A stretch of DNA of 63,808 nt, counting the filler, from Craspedostauros australis (Eukaryota), in assembly GCA_030167865.1 (NCBI GenBank). It is 13 parts of 13 records of this genome, joined end to end, with 100 filler letters (N's around TTAATTAATTAA, not from the genome) between each part and the next. Parts side by side here need not be neighbours in the genome. Positions count along the whole stretch, not along the records: positions 1 to 6,403 come from JALAGF010003553.1; positions 6,504 to 9,116 come from JALAGF010003556.1; positions 9,217 to 11,942 come from JALAGF010003557.1; positions 12,043 to 19,568 come from JALAGF010003558.1; 9 more parts are not named here. The stretch is one strand, 5' to 3'. Made by a program: the position numbers and the translations under genes. Every line of letters begins with the position of its first letter. The first letter of the stretch is position 1. The notes under the pieces are model-generated. The model saw only the letters and a list, made by a program, of their open reading frames with translations, ran no database searches and had not been told where the DNA came from. Positions 1 through 13,906 of the stretch are shown piece after piece.

Positions 1-3000
1 TTACGGGTTGTCATCGGTGCTCCTGTGGTTCCATCTCAATTGGTCTTGCCTCCAACCTCTCGCGGTCTCGATTTGGCATGTTCCGCTTTGCCGTCAGCGA
101 CAACTATCCCCTCTATCTTGTGTTGCTGTCGCTTGCATTCACCCGTCTCTTGGTGTAACTTGTCCGGCCATGAGATTGATTCTCCTCTCGCATGATTCTG
201 CTAACATGTTGGTGCAGTCGTCATGGTCGCTGGCAGTGTGCGACCTACATGATACGGCGTCATGGAGAAAGAGAAAGGGAGAGAGCGAGAACGAGATGAC
301 AACAACAACGGCGACGGTGACGACGATGGTCTGATGTGCGACAATACGAGTAGTGCTCGTATGTCCTCGATGGAACTGCCCTCGTCTGACAAACAGGAAA
401 GGCAGACCATCGGTGTCGCGATCTCTCCCACATAGGGTGCAGTCATGAACCATCCATCCCTGCCATGCGTGCTTCCGTGTCTACGTGCGTATGTGGGCAT
501 ACGGATGGACAGATTGGTGAACAGATGGCAGAGCCGTTTTGCATCTCATGAACCGAGGCCACCTGCATCGAATGTCGTACAAGAACAACAGCGAAAGCAA
601 AAGAGCAGAGTACCAATAGCAGGGAGGCCAGATGAAATCGGATCTGGTGCAGGGAGTGACGGAAGAATGGATAGAACATGAGTACTCGTAGCCAGTAGAG
701 CGCCACGATTATGTACGAGTACGAGCTATGCCGGAGCCGGGTGGGGTGTGTGTTCTATGCCACGTCTGCGGATGTCCGGCGGCTTCAGGCCATCCTTCTC
801 GGATCAGTCTCGGTGAGGACAATGTCCTCTATCATTCATGTTACTCCATCCAGGTGTCGCCCAACCATCCGATCAGATAGCCACTCCAAGCAGCGAATTC
901 TCCAAACACCCAGAGACCACCGTATCCAATCTAATCTAATCTATTCCAACAGATGCAGCTCAACGCAGCTGGATCTGACTCAATCCAACCCAAGAGACAC
1001 ACCGCTACTTCCATTCCAAAGTATGGTAGGGTCCAAACACATGTCTGAGGTGGTCATGGGTCTTCGTCTCTGTGACCACCGACACTTATCATCCCAATCG
1101 CTACCATCAGCGCGAATGCCTGTGTTGTTGCCGCCACCATTGGTAGCTGATTGTCAATCCGATCTTCGCTCGGGTGCCTGGCAGAGCAACATTCATTTGT
1201 CACCTTCGCTCTGTTCTCACTCGTGATAGTCGTCCTCGCCACACCCGAATGTTGTATCCAGAACCCCCCGACGCTCCCGAAGCCCTCTCGGAAACGAAAA
1301 CGTCACAAAACGAAACATCAACAGTGATGGCAACGGCGGTGAGAGGGCAACGCTTCTTCCTTTCTTCGCGTCTTCACTTCTTCACTTCTTCACTTCTTTC
1401 ACTTCTTCCCTTCTGCTCCTCGTCACTCACTCATCAGAACCAAACAACAATGAACATCGTCACAACGCAGACATCTGGACAACCGGAAACGAAACATCGG
1501 CAAGCGTGATGCAAGACGCCAGATGGCAGGTCTTGGGCAGAGCATGTTCACCGGCTCTCAGCATCTCATGTGCTATCAATGTTGCAGGCTTTCCGCCATC
1601 GGATAGTGTTGAACGTCGGCAGATGGCAACGGAAGCAGCATCTTCGAACAATGAACATCTGCGCCACATCAGAGCAGCAGATCATCAAACCATCTCGGTC
1701 TCCGATCGTTTCACGAATGCATTCAGTTTCCATTGTGTTTGATGCCACAGAACTCAGTACATTACGAAAGGCCACGATGTGCTGATCCCCCGTGTGATTG
1801 AATTGGATTGATGTGTGTTGTGTAGTGTAGTATGTTGCTGTCTCTCAAGAGATTTGGAGCTCGATGAGCTACTTTGCTTGGCTGTACTGGTACCATCCTG
1901 CTAATTGCAGCATAGTAGTGTGCCTCTACTCTACTCTACTTTGCTCTCCTTGTACCATGTTGTGTTGTGTTGAACTGCATTGCATGACATTGCATTGTGT
2001 CGTGTCACCCTACATCGTATTCGTAATGTGTGTGGCGCCGCGTCATGTGGTGTCACATTTGTCGAATAGAATCAGGCTTCGGATCGCTTGTTTCGCCTTT
2101 GTGGTGTGTGTTGTTACTGTAGTCGATGACGCGTTTGCATGTTCTCTACTGCAACAGGAACAGCTGGAAGATGTCGCATCTGCATCAGAAGTTCAAGTAG
2201 CCAGCAACAACGCTTAACAATCCATCATTGGACTGCGTGTCTGTTACCCGAGGTTTGTTCGACGTTGTAGGGTTTTGTCTGTTTTCTGGTTTGGATGTTG
2301 TGTTGGTTGTGTTTTCATTGTGTGTTTGTGGTTGCGGTTACGGATCAAGTGACAGGCGTGTCCGCGGGATGGCGAGGGCGATAACATCTGTGCTGTCCGA
2401 GTATTTATGCGCGTTTCTGGTTGTTGTCGCCGATTGCATCCGCGGAGAGTACATCTGTGCGTGGCATTTGTTCCTCTCCCATCTTCCTTCCTTCCTTCCT
2501 TCCTTTCCGTAGGTCTGGTCTGGTTTGGTTGGCGCTGTTGCCTTGTTTTGCTCGTCAGTTTGCTGCCTGTTGTGCCTCGGTTTGTCTCCTCCCTTGCATG
2601 ATGAGATTGTGGAGCACAATTGCGCAGTCTGCAGCGGTTCGACTATTTGGGAGAGTACTTGCTACTACGTGTACTTCTGTACTACGATGCTCACACTCCA
2701 CGCTGCGGAAAGAAGCGGAAGAAAAAAATGCACACAAGCAACACGCACTCGCACACACGAAAAGGCGAGAGAGTCCGCGTCAGCAACCTCAATGGTCACA
2801 AACAAACGACGACGAACATCCGAAAGTGAAAAACTCACAAACGACAACGACAGCAAGCAATCAATCAAAGAAGAACAAGCAATCAAACAACTGCAGCCAG
2901 ACCAACAACCTGGCAAGCAAGAGATCAAGGAGACCAACAATACGCAAGCAAGCAAGCAAACACACACACAAACACGAGGGCAGCAAGGTAAGCAGCAACA

Positions 3001-3701
3001 CCACCATGGCGCCATGATCGCATGAGATTCGAAGAGGAGGCGCTAACGACAGAACGGAAAGAAGAGAAGGCACAGAACACAAAGCAACAACCAAGCAGAG
3101 AGGCAAACCAAACCAAGATGACGAAAACACTGGCACAGATGAGAAGACCAACACTGCTATCGCGCCAATCGAGTGCATTCAGCAACGAGACGAAAACCAA
3201 CGAGAGGCGCAACATCATCGAAATGACGGCGCGGAGTCAATGGAGAGAAACTGCGTATTGCAACCACGATCTTCACGAGTTGGGCAGTCGCCAAAGACCA
3301 CAACGACAGAGCCAAAGAAGCAAAGGGATAAAGCGACAAATTCAACGACGCGCAATCTGTTTCTGACATTTTGGACGGTACCGAAACATCGCCATCTGCG
3401 ACAGCAACGACAACAACACAACAACAACAACTCCACCATCTATTCGCACGCGAAAGAAGGGAACGTCCGCTGCCGAGAACAGATCTGATCGTTGTGTTCC
3501 ACCCTGCCTCTCTGCTTATTCGCATCCTGGTCGATGTCAATTCGCAATACACATCTTGCCGTCGCGCCCACACGTACGGTATACAATCACTCCCACTCAC
3601 TCGCTCACTCACTCCCGTCTATGCCCACGTCCGTATCCACATCCACATCCACCAGCAGGCGACGACAACGACAATACCCACAACAACCCAAAGCAAGCAA
3701 C

Positions 3702-6403
3702 ATGAACTTCTCTTCTCCTCACGTTCAACACTATCAGCATCAGCATCAGCACCGGCATCAGCAGCATGCCACCACTGCCTACGATCACGGTCACCCACAA
3801 CAAGGCCATGGATACGAGCAGCTGAGATCGGAAGTAGCAGACATGGACATGCCATCCTTGCCGCATTCGTCCATTCTGTCTTCGTTCTCCCAACCATTGC
3901 TCACAACCGCGGAAGACGGGTTCGATGCTTTGGCCAGAACAACGAGCACCAGCTCGAACCCGAACTCCAATGCCAACGCAGGTCCAACTGCGGATGCAGA
4001 TGGCGCCACCACCGCCACCAGCAGCTTCACAAACCACAACAACAGCAACGTTGCGGGCAGGACGAAGTCACGGACATCTTCACTCCACGAAGTGTCAGAC
4101 TTCTCTGATGGATCTGCATCCCCCATATCGATGTCCACACCAACACACACATCGACACATACCAACGCGAAGAAGACCAAGGCAAACAGTGCAAGCAGAA
4201 GCAGAAGCAGAAGCAATAGTCGAAGTAGCCACAGCCAACAGCGCCACGGCCGCCGCAAAGCAGCATCCCGCGACTCATCCGCTGTTGCGTCTCCTCCTCC
4301 TCTTCCTCCTCCTTCCAAAGCAACAAACGATGATACTGATGCAAACGTCAACACAGACGTCGACGACTGTGGCTTCAAACGAACCAACAGACGAACTGGA
4401 CCTTACACGCACAAAGGCTTCAAACGACACTACGCAACCCACAACTACCATGACTATTCATACATCACGCCGCAGCAAGCCATGGCATCCTTATCTTTGC
4501 CCAACTCAAAGACCGCCAATCGCAACAAGGGCGGCAAAGGCAACAACAGCAACAACAGCAGCAGCAACATGTCAGCCAGCACCATCCGCCAGCATCTGCA
4601 GCTCCAGCTTCCCACCACCGTCCGCGGCGGTGTCCAAACCCCCTTCCCCTTCATCCTCCACCAGATGCTCGAGGATGCATCCAAGCGGGGACACGAAGTC
4701 ATCGTCAGCTGGCAACCGCACGGACGTGCTTTCCTCATCCACAACCCCAAGCAGTTCGCTGTCACGGTGCTCCCCACCTACTTCAAGCACTCCAAGATGT
4801 CCTCCTTCCAGCGTCAGCTCAGCCTGTACGGTTTCACAAGGTTGACGAGCAACACCACACCAGACCGTGGCGGTTACTACCACGAGCTGTTCCTTCGGGG
4901 ACGCACCTTCCTATGTGCCTACCTGCAACGCACCCGCATCAAGGGAACGTGGATCAGGAAGTCATCATCTCCGCAGTCGGAGCCTGACTTTTACACGATG
5001 GAGCCAGTGCCAGATCTTGTGCCGGCTTCTCCCATCGGCGCTGGTGATGTCGACGAAGACATGAACAACGACACAGTGAGCGCAAGGATGAGGCACACAC
5101 GCAGACACAGTGAGAACACTTCAAGCACTACCGATGTCTCTGTCGCTTCTGCTGGCGCTCACATCAGTCGCCAACACAGGAGGCGATCAACCGGAGTCGT
5201 TCCCAACTCGACATCCATGTCCACCATGTCCATGCCGACGCCAAGTCCGTTGCGCATGCCAATGTCGATGGCAATGCCCACTTCTACCTTGACCTTCACA
5301 GGTGTCTCAGCTGGCGCTGATGCCACCGCTGCGACCACCACCAACGGAAATAGGAAGGACAGCACGGAAGACACACAGGAGACAAGCCTGGCGGACAGTC
5401 TCAAATCCCTCTCCTCCGCGTACATGGCAGAGCTTTCCAAGACAAGATCAGCAGCAATGTCGATGGTGACCTCGACATCGGGATCTCGGCCCAGATCGAT
5501 GTCGGTGCCAACTTCTATGACTGTATCGTCGCCAGCATCCGCATCAGCACCAGCATCGTTGGATACTGATCATCACATGTGTGCTGGTGATGCTGTCGGT
5601 GTTCATCTCCATCAATCGACAAGAAACAAGAGCGTCAGCAAGATCGGCGAGTATTCCACGACGAAACACACGATGCTGCAACCATCAAATCCATACGAGT
5701 ACCAGTACCAGTACAAAGGTAAGTGAGCACCACCACCACCATTGTGATTATGATTACGACGATGATCATCACTATGGTCTGTTTCTACTTCCTTCCGATG
5801 AGCAGAATCTGCGAATAACCAGCGCAGAAGAAGACGGGTGTTTCATAGACGAGTATTTCACAGACGAGTATTGTACAATCGGACGACTGTCTCCATGGAA
5901 TACCAAACTTATGAATACCAAGGCCATCCACTCACACCCCCTCTCCACAAACCATCCATCTTCATCATCCATCTACTAATACTCGCTCTGATTGACGATA
6001 CCAACAGGCATGCCGCTGCAGATGATGCCGGCGCTGCGTGACCCAACACCACCGCAGACTCTGAGCAATGCCAATGTGAAGATGTCCGAATTCAGTATCG
6101 ACACGGCAACATGCGCTGGAAGCATCGTGATGCACAATCGGAACAAGCACGCCCAACATACATCATCCCAATACGAGGCGCAGCCGCATGACTCCTCAAA
6201 CCAGAGCACAGACCACACAGCCAATCATTCCGGTGTGAGGAGCGCTGCTGCAACAGCCAATCACTCAGACACGAACGCGAACACCACAACGAACGCAAAC
6301 AACAGCAGCAGCAACAACAACAACAACGATCAGCTGTGCGATGCCATTGATCATGTGCTGGAGGCCATGGAGACGTTGGAAGACATGGGCGATAACGATG
6401 GTA
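3702..6403 (+). CDS. HSF: Heat shock transcription factor (HSF DNA-binding domain). Exons 3702-5718 and 6008->6403; 3' end truncated by the contig end.
   Basis: HSF DBD at about 4640-4945 (PFPFILHQML...IVSWQPHGRAFLIH...YFKHSKMSSFQRQLSLYGF...YYHELFLRG), preceded by a HNYHDY motif seen in diatom HSFs. A GTAAGT donor at 5719, a CTACTAAT branch-like site and an ACAG acceptor at 6004-6007 give an in-frame phase-1 join. The start at ATG 3702 is inferred. Confidence 0.9.
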
Positions 6404-6503
6404 NNNNNNNNNNNNNNNNNNNNNNNNNNNNNNNNNNNNNNNNNNNNTTAATTAATTAANNNNNNNNNNNNNNNNNNNNNNNNNNNNNNNNNNNNNNNNN
6501 NNN
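6404..6503. other. Artificial contig-joining spacer N44-TTAATTAATTAA-N44. Identical spacers lie at 9117-9216, 11943-12042, 19569-19668, 24333-24432, 26261-26360, 33943-34042, 50950-51049, 54539-54638, 55992-56091, 59113-59212 and 61947-62046.
   Basis: Twelve identical 100-nt blocks. TTAATTAATTAA puts stop codons in all six frames, as expected of a concatenation linker. Confidence 0.98.
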
Positions 6504-7125
6504 GGATACGTGTGAAACGGTTAACACGGGGTTTCTGTACGAACACGGGTATCGCCTAACCATACGAGTATAGAGCATTGCATGACAGGTCCACACGACC
6601 TGTTAACCCTTATAATTTTAATCATTGGATGTTGCCACCCTCAACATTGTTTTATGTGTGTGCCAACTTAGATCACCATGCTCGTACGCTCATGCGAGCC
6701 CAAGCAAGCACATAGGGACCGCCTGAAGGGGCGATGATAATACTGGGACCCCATCCGAAGGTGGACCGCCACGAAGCCAGCACGGCTTGAATCATGCTGC
6801 ATCCCCTCTGCCCATGGTGTGCTGGTACATTGTGATTGGTACCAGGGAGATGAGATCCCACTGTTTGCTGTTGCGTGGTGCGGATGGCAAACTAACGTGG
6901 ACGCACCGACCGCAGATCAGGCGGAACCCCTACTGAGACACAAGCTCAAGCTGAGTGCTAGATTGTGTGCCTTGTTGCCACATCTATGCTTCTCAAGACA
7001 CCGACACATGTACATGCTGAAACCTCACACACAACGGGACAGGTTTTGTCCTAGCGTGGTTTCTGTCACTGTTGTGTATCCTGTCCTTCTCATTTCCTCT
7101 TCTCACACTCCCATACACATACACA

Positions 7126-9116
7126 ATGATTGAAACAAACACCACCATGTTGACTAATGCCAACAAGATTTGTAACTACCTCACCAACACCATGGGCTTT
7201 GCCAAGGCCGACATTGGCACTGCGCTCAACGAACAGGGACTGACGACATTCGACGACCTGCTCATGTTCACCAACAACAACCTGCAGAAGCTATGTCATT
7301 GCATCCATAAGGGAAGTGGTTTGATCGACAACCCTGCACACATGTCAGGAACCCGTTTGACCACACCCACTCACATCAAGGACCCAGGTGTCACCATTGG
7401 CTGGGTACATGAGTTGAAACTCTGCAAGCTGTGAAATGTGCGCTTCCACTTCCATCATATCCAACGCCCCTTCTCCGCCGCCGAAGAGTCCATGGAACAC
7501 CTCAACAGCTTGTGGTCCCTCTTCAAGGAAGANNTCCGTACCAAGGACTCACCACCCGTGGACCTTCCTGAACCTCTCACCCATGTGGATATCGTCTGCG
7601 AGACCCTCAAGGACATCACCAACTAAAATGAAAACACACTTGGGGCTACCAACATCCTGGTTTCCTACATCATTCGCGCAAACCCCTACAAGCAAGAAGA
7701 CAGAACACCAGCGGTGCACACTCTGGTCGGTGTGCCATTGATGAAGGGCAAGATCATTGACAGGGCCATGTTGACAGGTCTCAAGTACAGGGTGGACAAT
7801 GCCACCATGTGACAAGTCATCCATCATGTCAAACATAGCAGACTCCCATGGAACTGGGTACAGGGTAGCGAGCGATCCAGAGATGGATGCGCCACATTCC
7901 TCACCCTCCAAGAGCACTATCGCGGTGATTCGTACAAGGTCAGAACGAAGGCAGCAGCGTCCAGCACCATCAACAACCCCTACTATGACGGCAAGTCACG
8001 CAACTCCATGTTCAAGACATACATGCAGCGTCTGAACTCTGCATTCGAAGACATGGCCAACTGTGGTGAACCGCTTGTGGACAACGCCAAGGTCCGTCAC
8101 CTCATGTGCAGCATCCGCGTGCCGCATTTGCACAACGCATGTGATGCCATCATGCTGAATGAAAGCATCCGTTCCAGCTTCGCATCCACCGTGAATGCTC
8201 TCAGCGAAGTGATCGACCGCAAACAGGCAGCAACACCAATGTGTCAGGCATTGTCCATGGGACGGAACAACGCCAGCCGCGGTAGATACAACAATTGCAA
8301 CAACAACGCCAGCCGCGGTAGATACAACAATTGCAACAACAACGCCAGCCGCGGTAGATACAACAATTGCAACAACAAAGGAGGACGCGGAGGTCAAGGA
8401 TGGGCCAAACAACATGACCCAAATATGATCATCACCGATTGCCATTACCTACCAGAAGAATAGGCCATCATGTCATCCATCCAATAGGCACGCGCCTTGA
8501 AATTGCGCAATACACGTGACAAGCATCGTGGTGTGATGTCGATGGGCAGAGGCAGTCCCTCCAAACGCGCACATGAGGACACGGACGGCCATTTTGGGCC
8601 ACGCTCCCTGCCTGATCAGAACAGCAGCGCCGATACAAGAATACATCAGAGCTGCCCTGAAGATTGTGACGAAATGGCATACCAACCATGATGGGCGCCT
8701 CAAGATGAAGGCACCCACCATGCTACCGAGTAGATACAGACCCAAGCTGGATGCATCGCCACTGTNTGACAATGAGGAGATGTTGTTCTACCAACAGCTC
8801 ATTGGCATCCTGCGATGGACTGTTGAACTGGGTNGCATTGATATATGCTGTGAAACCTCAATGATGCCATTGTACTGTGCTGCATCCCGAACTGGCCACC
8901 TGAATGCTCTCTTTCATGTAATTGCATACCTCAACACTCATGATCGCTCCCGTCTTGTCTTTGATGATGCATATGTTGACAAGCCTACTGTGGCACAACC
9001 GGATTGGGGCAATTTCTACGCCAATGCCCACAAACAGATACCGAATGACATGCCGCCACCACGAGGTAAGGAAGTCCAGATGACTTGCTTTGTTGATGCG
9101 GATCATGCTGGTGACC
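7126..9116 (+). mobile_element. Decayed Ty1/Copia (CoDi-like) LTR retrotransposon: gag remnant followed by an RT C-terminus/RNase H start fragment
   Basis: The gag frame continues through in-frame stops (7432, 7624, ~7809) with LGATNILVSYIIR, DGxATFLTLQEHYRG and FKTYMQRLNSAFEDM motifs. 8690-9116 encodes YQQLIGILRWTVELG.IDIC.ETSMM...GHLNALFHVIAYL...FVDADHAGD, typical of Copia RT/RNase H. Confidence 0.85.
8266..8373 (+). repeat. 36-bp tandem repeat x3 (NNASRGRYNNCN) in the gag C-terminal region
   Basis: The unit AACAACGCCAGCCGCGGTAGATACAACAATTGCAAC is seen three times. Confidence 0.95.
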
Positions 9117-10212
9117 NNNNNNNNNNNNNNNNNNNNNNNNNNNNNNNNNNNNNNNNNNNNTTAATTAATTAANNNNNNNNNNNNNNNNNNNNNNNNNNNN
9201 NNNNNNNNNNNNNNNNGAATGGATCCACAGATGCAACAGCGAAGCCGTACCGCCACCAAGAGAATGGCCAGTGATGACAAGCTTGCAGGTTGGGTGTTAT
9301 TGTAACGCAGCCATGATAGACGCATCCATGATAGACGCATCCACGATATACGTATCCACAACACGCCACAGCACCTTGGCCATGGTGATCGTTTCGGAAT
9401 GCTCTTCGCCTCCACAGAATGGTGCTGAGGGTGCGTGTACGACTTGCGACGGCCATGCCACAAAGCCTTAACGGAGCTGCAGATGAAGCCTACGACGGTG
9501 ATAGCTGCGCTTATTCCAGAGCCGAAGGATGATGAGAGGAAGCCAACGAGATCAAACTTGATTTCTTGATCAGTCTGCCCTGCTTGCGGTTTGACGCTCA
9601 TGCATTTGACGTGCTGCTCGAAGCTTCCAATTTTGTCTGCGGTCCTCTCTGAGAGACTGCAGGAAAGCGGAGCTGGTCTCGGTGGGTGTGCGCTCCGGAT
9701 GAGGAGGGATACAACGCTGGTGCCAAGTTGACGTTAGTGAGCGAGATGGATTGATGGATGGCTGTCCCAGGCTGCAGACCATGCCAGGATGAAAATCGCT
9801 TTGCGTGCAGGTCGACTTGGTGGTCGTCTGCAACGACATGGTGGTCGTACAGACGTTGCTCCTCCTCCTCCTGCTGCTGCTGCTGCTGCTGCCAGCGATT
9901 GTGCTATGGTCACCGATGTGCCCCTTTTGACATCAGGACATCTTGTATGCACCCCCTTCTCCGCCACAACCGGCGCGATGCAGTTGGATGCTGTCCTCCC
10001 TCCCTTGTTGGGAGTGGAATGATGACATGTTCCTTTGCCTCCTCTGGCAAATCGCTGAGTGTTGACTGTGATCTTTGTGTCCAACGGTTACAACAGGTGT
10101 CCGCAAAGTGAGGAACAGTTATGAAGGAAAGAGACCAAACTCGCCAAAACATGCAAAAAATAGTCTTGCAAGTTGAGATTCAATTAGGGACATTCAGTTG
10201 GATTTTCGTGTG

Positions 10213-10967
10213 TGTTAGGAATCTAGGGTACGATTTTGTCGGAATACCCATGGTTGCCGCACCTCCCAACATTATTCGTCACATGTTTGAATATTATTCG
10301 TCACATGTTTGGAGACTTTTCGTCACACTTTTGAATACCATGTCATTATGACTATTCTTAAGGACACGGACGTGATTAACACCAGTCCTACCGCAAGGAA
10401 GATAGTCTGTCCTCTGGAGAAGCAAGGACCACACCGACAACGGATCAGGAGGTTCCGATACCAAACCAACCATGACAACAATGCACACAGCGACGTCGAT
10501 CAGAACAGATGGATAATGGGCTAGTGACGCCCCCCCCCCCCTCCGGGGGGAACAGCACGCGCCCCTCCTGTGGACAAGACATGCCACAGGTTTGGAACAT
10601 CAGAAAGGATCAGAACATCCGCAGGTTTGGAACATCACCAAGGATGACACCAATTGTGAGATGATGGTGTCATGGGATCAAGGATCAAAACATATGACAG
10701 ACAAGTCCTCAGGACTGCAGATTCCTACCATGCGAACGTAGACAGCTACGAACATGCAGAGGCAAGCAACAATGATGCCAAGATAAGGATGCAAGAACAG
10801 AGCATGATGAATATGGAGAGAAGCACCTAGGAACGCAGGGATACCCCGTGTCGCCACCGCAACAGATGCCTACTATGAAAATGAAATCGGAAGAGAAAGT
10901 GAGATTGTGCTCACAGTTGTAAAAATGGTACAGTTTCTAACAGCAGCTTAGATCACAGTACTAACTA
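10213..10967. repeat. Non-coding dispersed repeat element copy: 59-bp TGTT...AACA unit, 3x22-bp tandem, and a ~650-bp core
   Basis: The core at about 10316-10967 is a diverged reverse complement of about 13925-14570. The 22-bp unit TTATTCGTCACATGTTTGAATA occurs x3 at 10272-10337. Confidence 0.8.
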
Positions 10968-12272
10968 TGTTGGCAAGTTCCGTGATTGGAAGCCTACGAT
11001 CGTGGAAGATGGTGTTGGTTGATAGTCGTTCGTTTGCTATTTCATTACGTTGGCACTCCAATCCTCTCAGTGTCCGTTCGTTCTCTTGCCCGATGCTTTC
11101 GGCGCTTCAATCTGTATCGTAGATTTGGTCTCCGACTATGAGTTGGTGTGTGAGATGCTCTCTTGCTGCTCTTCGTATTCTCTCTCTCTCTCTGTCTCAA
11201 TATTGTGTGCTTCATGCTACACGATACCCCGCATTCGATGCGTACTCCGCACTTGACACTTTGTTCATTCACTGCTGGTTCCTACTCCATGAGTACTTAC
11301 CATTTGAAGTTCACCTTCTGTATCCATGATCTTGATGCCCTTCGGTCATTGGATCTTCACCTCGTGCTCTGACCTGGAGACAGATGTCGACATGGTGACA
11401 CGATGACATCCTGTTGACGTCAGTAAGCATCATTCTGCTCTCCAGATGTCACGTTCCATTGGTGATGCGGTGCTCTGTCAGATGATATCATCATCTGAGG
11501 TTTAGTTGGGAAGTACCTCGAGATTCTCTTGGTACCATTGATGGATGGACTGACGATGTTCTAATTCTCTCAGAAATCGTCGATTACAAATTTCTTCCAG
11601 AAATTCTGCTCATTTTCGTGTGTTCCATTTCCACTGTAATTCTGACGTGTTAGAACGTAATCGTAGATGGGTTTGAAGATACCGCACCGATAATGTAGAG
11701 TGATCAAGTCGTTGTTGTTGGTGAGGAGAGTGTTGGTTTACTGTGTTATTCGTATGGTAGTTGGAATGCTGTCGAGCTCACAAGATTGTCTTCTTGGAAC
11801 TGTGAGCATGAGAGAGGCATGACATGATCTCATGCAATTGCAAGTAAAATAACACAGCGACAACACGACAAATGTGCGTGTTACTGCGTGAAGAAGATTT
11901 GCAAAAGTCAATGAACAAAACACCGCGATACCCCGTGTTGTGNNNNNNNNNNNNNNNNNNNNNNNNNNNNNNNNNNNNNNNNNNNNTTAATTAATTAANN
12001 NNNNNNNNNNNNNNNNNNNNNNNNNNNNNNNNNNNNNNNNNNGGCGGTGGTAAGTTGTCAGATGGGGTATTCTGGACACTGAGATGAATGCTTCACTTGT
12101 GGGATGATGAACAGCGAAATATGAAGTTCACGCTCGTGCTCACACTCACACTGATACGTCTCACGGACGTGCTGTCTATCTGGTTTCTGATCGATCCGTC
12201 GCCCCTGCAATTATGAAAACCAAATGAACAACCAAATGAACAACCAAATGAACGAACGAACGTACAAAAAAG

Positions 12273-12329
12273 GAGGCTGCGGTGGTGGAGGAGGATGCGG
12301 CGGTGGAGGAGGATGTGGTGGTGGAGGAG
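12273..12329 (+). CDS. Gly/Cys-rich mini-exon 3 of the GRDP-WWE gene (duplicate of 21270-21214)
   Basis: AAAG acceptor, codons for GCGGGGG repeats, GTAAGC donor. Confidence 0.65.
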
Positions 12330-13906
12330 GTAAGCTTTCCGCATGATACGGCAGCCACGGAGTAAACACGCTTTCGTACAGATACCTGACAGGGATGCTT
12401 CTGTTTGCTTCGATTCTCACTCACTCATTCACTTGCTTTGTTCGCTCCTTTCAACTCTGACCTTCTACGTCATGTTGGATGTACAACTCTCTACTGAACC
12501 ACTCTTATCACAATCGTACTCCAATTCAATTCTGGATGTGGAGGATGATGATGATGTACGTGGTGCCAAGAGCCATACTTGTTTCGCACTTGCGCACACT
12601 GTCTTGTTGTGATCTCGCTTCTCTCTGATGCTCTGCGGGTACGGATATACTCGCAACATGCACAGGGTACCTGCATCCGCTGTTGATGGATCGTATGGAC
12701 TTCGCAATGATCTGTACCTCATCTCATAACTTCACCCTTCCACTTCGCTCTGCGTTGACGTACATACTGCACTGTATCCGCTCTTCTCCCTGTGACATCA
12801 AATTTGGCTCTGCCTTTCTTCATCACAGGATGCGAAGGCGGTTAGACCAGGCGATGTCCTCTCCTACTCGGTCCATAAACTCCATGAGAGATTGGACGAA
12901 GTGAACGAAGGGTCATGGGTGAGTCTGGGCTGTTATCATTGGCATTCTTTGTGAGACCCTTTCATGGTGCGTTGGTCAGAAGTTCTTTCTCGAGTACATC
13001 ATGTGCGAGCAAAGCAAGAGGGCTCTTTGAGAACGGATGGAGCCTTGGAGTACACTCCCATCTCAGCAACACTCGTGCGTAGAGGAATCACGGTGGCGGA
13101 CGCATCCTGACTCTCCACTGCCGAGCGGTTGCTGGCCCTACATGTTTGGAGATTGGCATGAAACATCGCTGGAAAGTTTCGAAACTCTTTTCATCTCACA
13201 ATTTCTACGCAGCCCATCCGCGACGATCAATCAACAACATTCGAGATGGCGCGGATGCGACGCAGACTGATCGAAAAGTAGAGTTGGACAGAGTACCATA
13301 ATGTAGTCGATCGTAAGGTGATAGTTATCTGTTCTCGCATGGTGTGCGAACAACTCTCATCTTATGTCCATTGTGGAACGATCATCGCTGCGTGATTCGT
13401 CGCGGAATGTCTATCGTGGGCGCATGTAAGTACAGACGACAGTGCTGGGTCTTTGTCTTCTTCGTACGATTATCCCTCTCTTGACAGCAACATGGCAAGA
13501 TCGGCGAGCATTCTCAATGCCTGGGAAGAACCGTCACGCAGATAGATGGTGTGGCACACACGAGGCATGGTTTGATCAGGCAACTCCTCTTCTGGGTTCC
13601 GTTGTGAGAGGGTTCCTCCTTTTAGCGTTGGGGCTCCGCTCGCTGCTGGTGAAGAGGCAAGCATGAGGCGTGATTGTCTGTACACTTGCGGAGCTCGATT
13701 TGGTGCGCGTCCTCTGCGAAAGTGGCAGATCCGATGGAAGGGGAGAACGTCATCGGGTGTTTGGTCTGTACGACCAAGAAGACTGATTTGTACCATGTGA
13801 TGAAAGTCTGATACGGCAGTGCACGCCGACGCTCTGGATATATGAGTACATGCGATTGTGTGTGCGTATGTGTGTGTGAGAGAGAAGAGAAGCGGTGGTG
13901 GTTGGA

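Noticed and set aside
6448..6459. Recurrent TTAATTAATTAA palindrome as a biological repeat or CRISPR-like array
   Set aside because: It is always centred in exactly 44+44 Ns, so it is an assembly linker. ORFs ending in XXX-LIN are artefacts.
9217..10150. Possible F-box-like pseudogene on the minus strand (TLSDLPEEAKEHVIIP)
   Set aside because: Only one short motif among fragmented frames; insufficient support.
10272..10337. 22-bp repeats as a CRISPR array
   Set aside because: The repeats are directly adjacent with no spacers, in a eukaryotic TE context with no cas genes.
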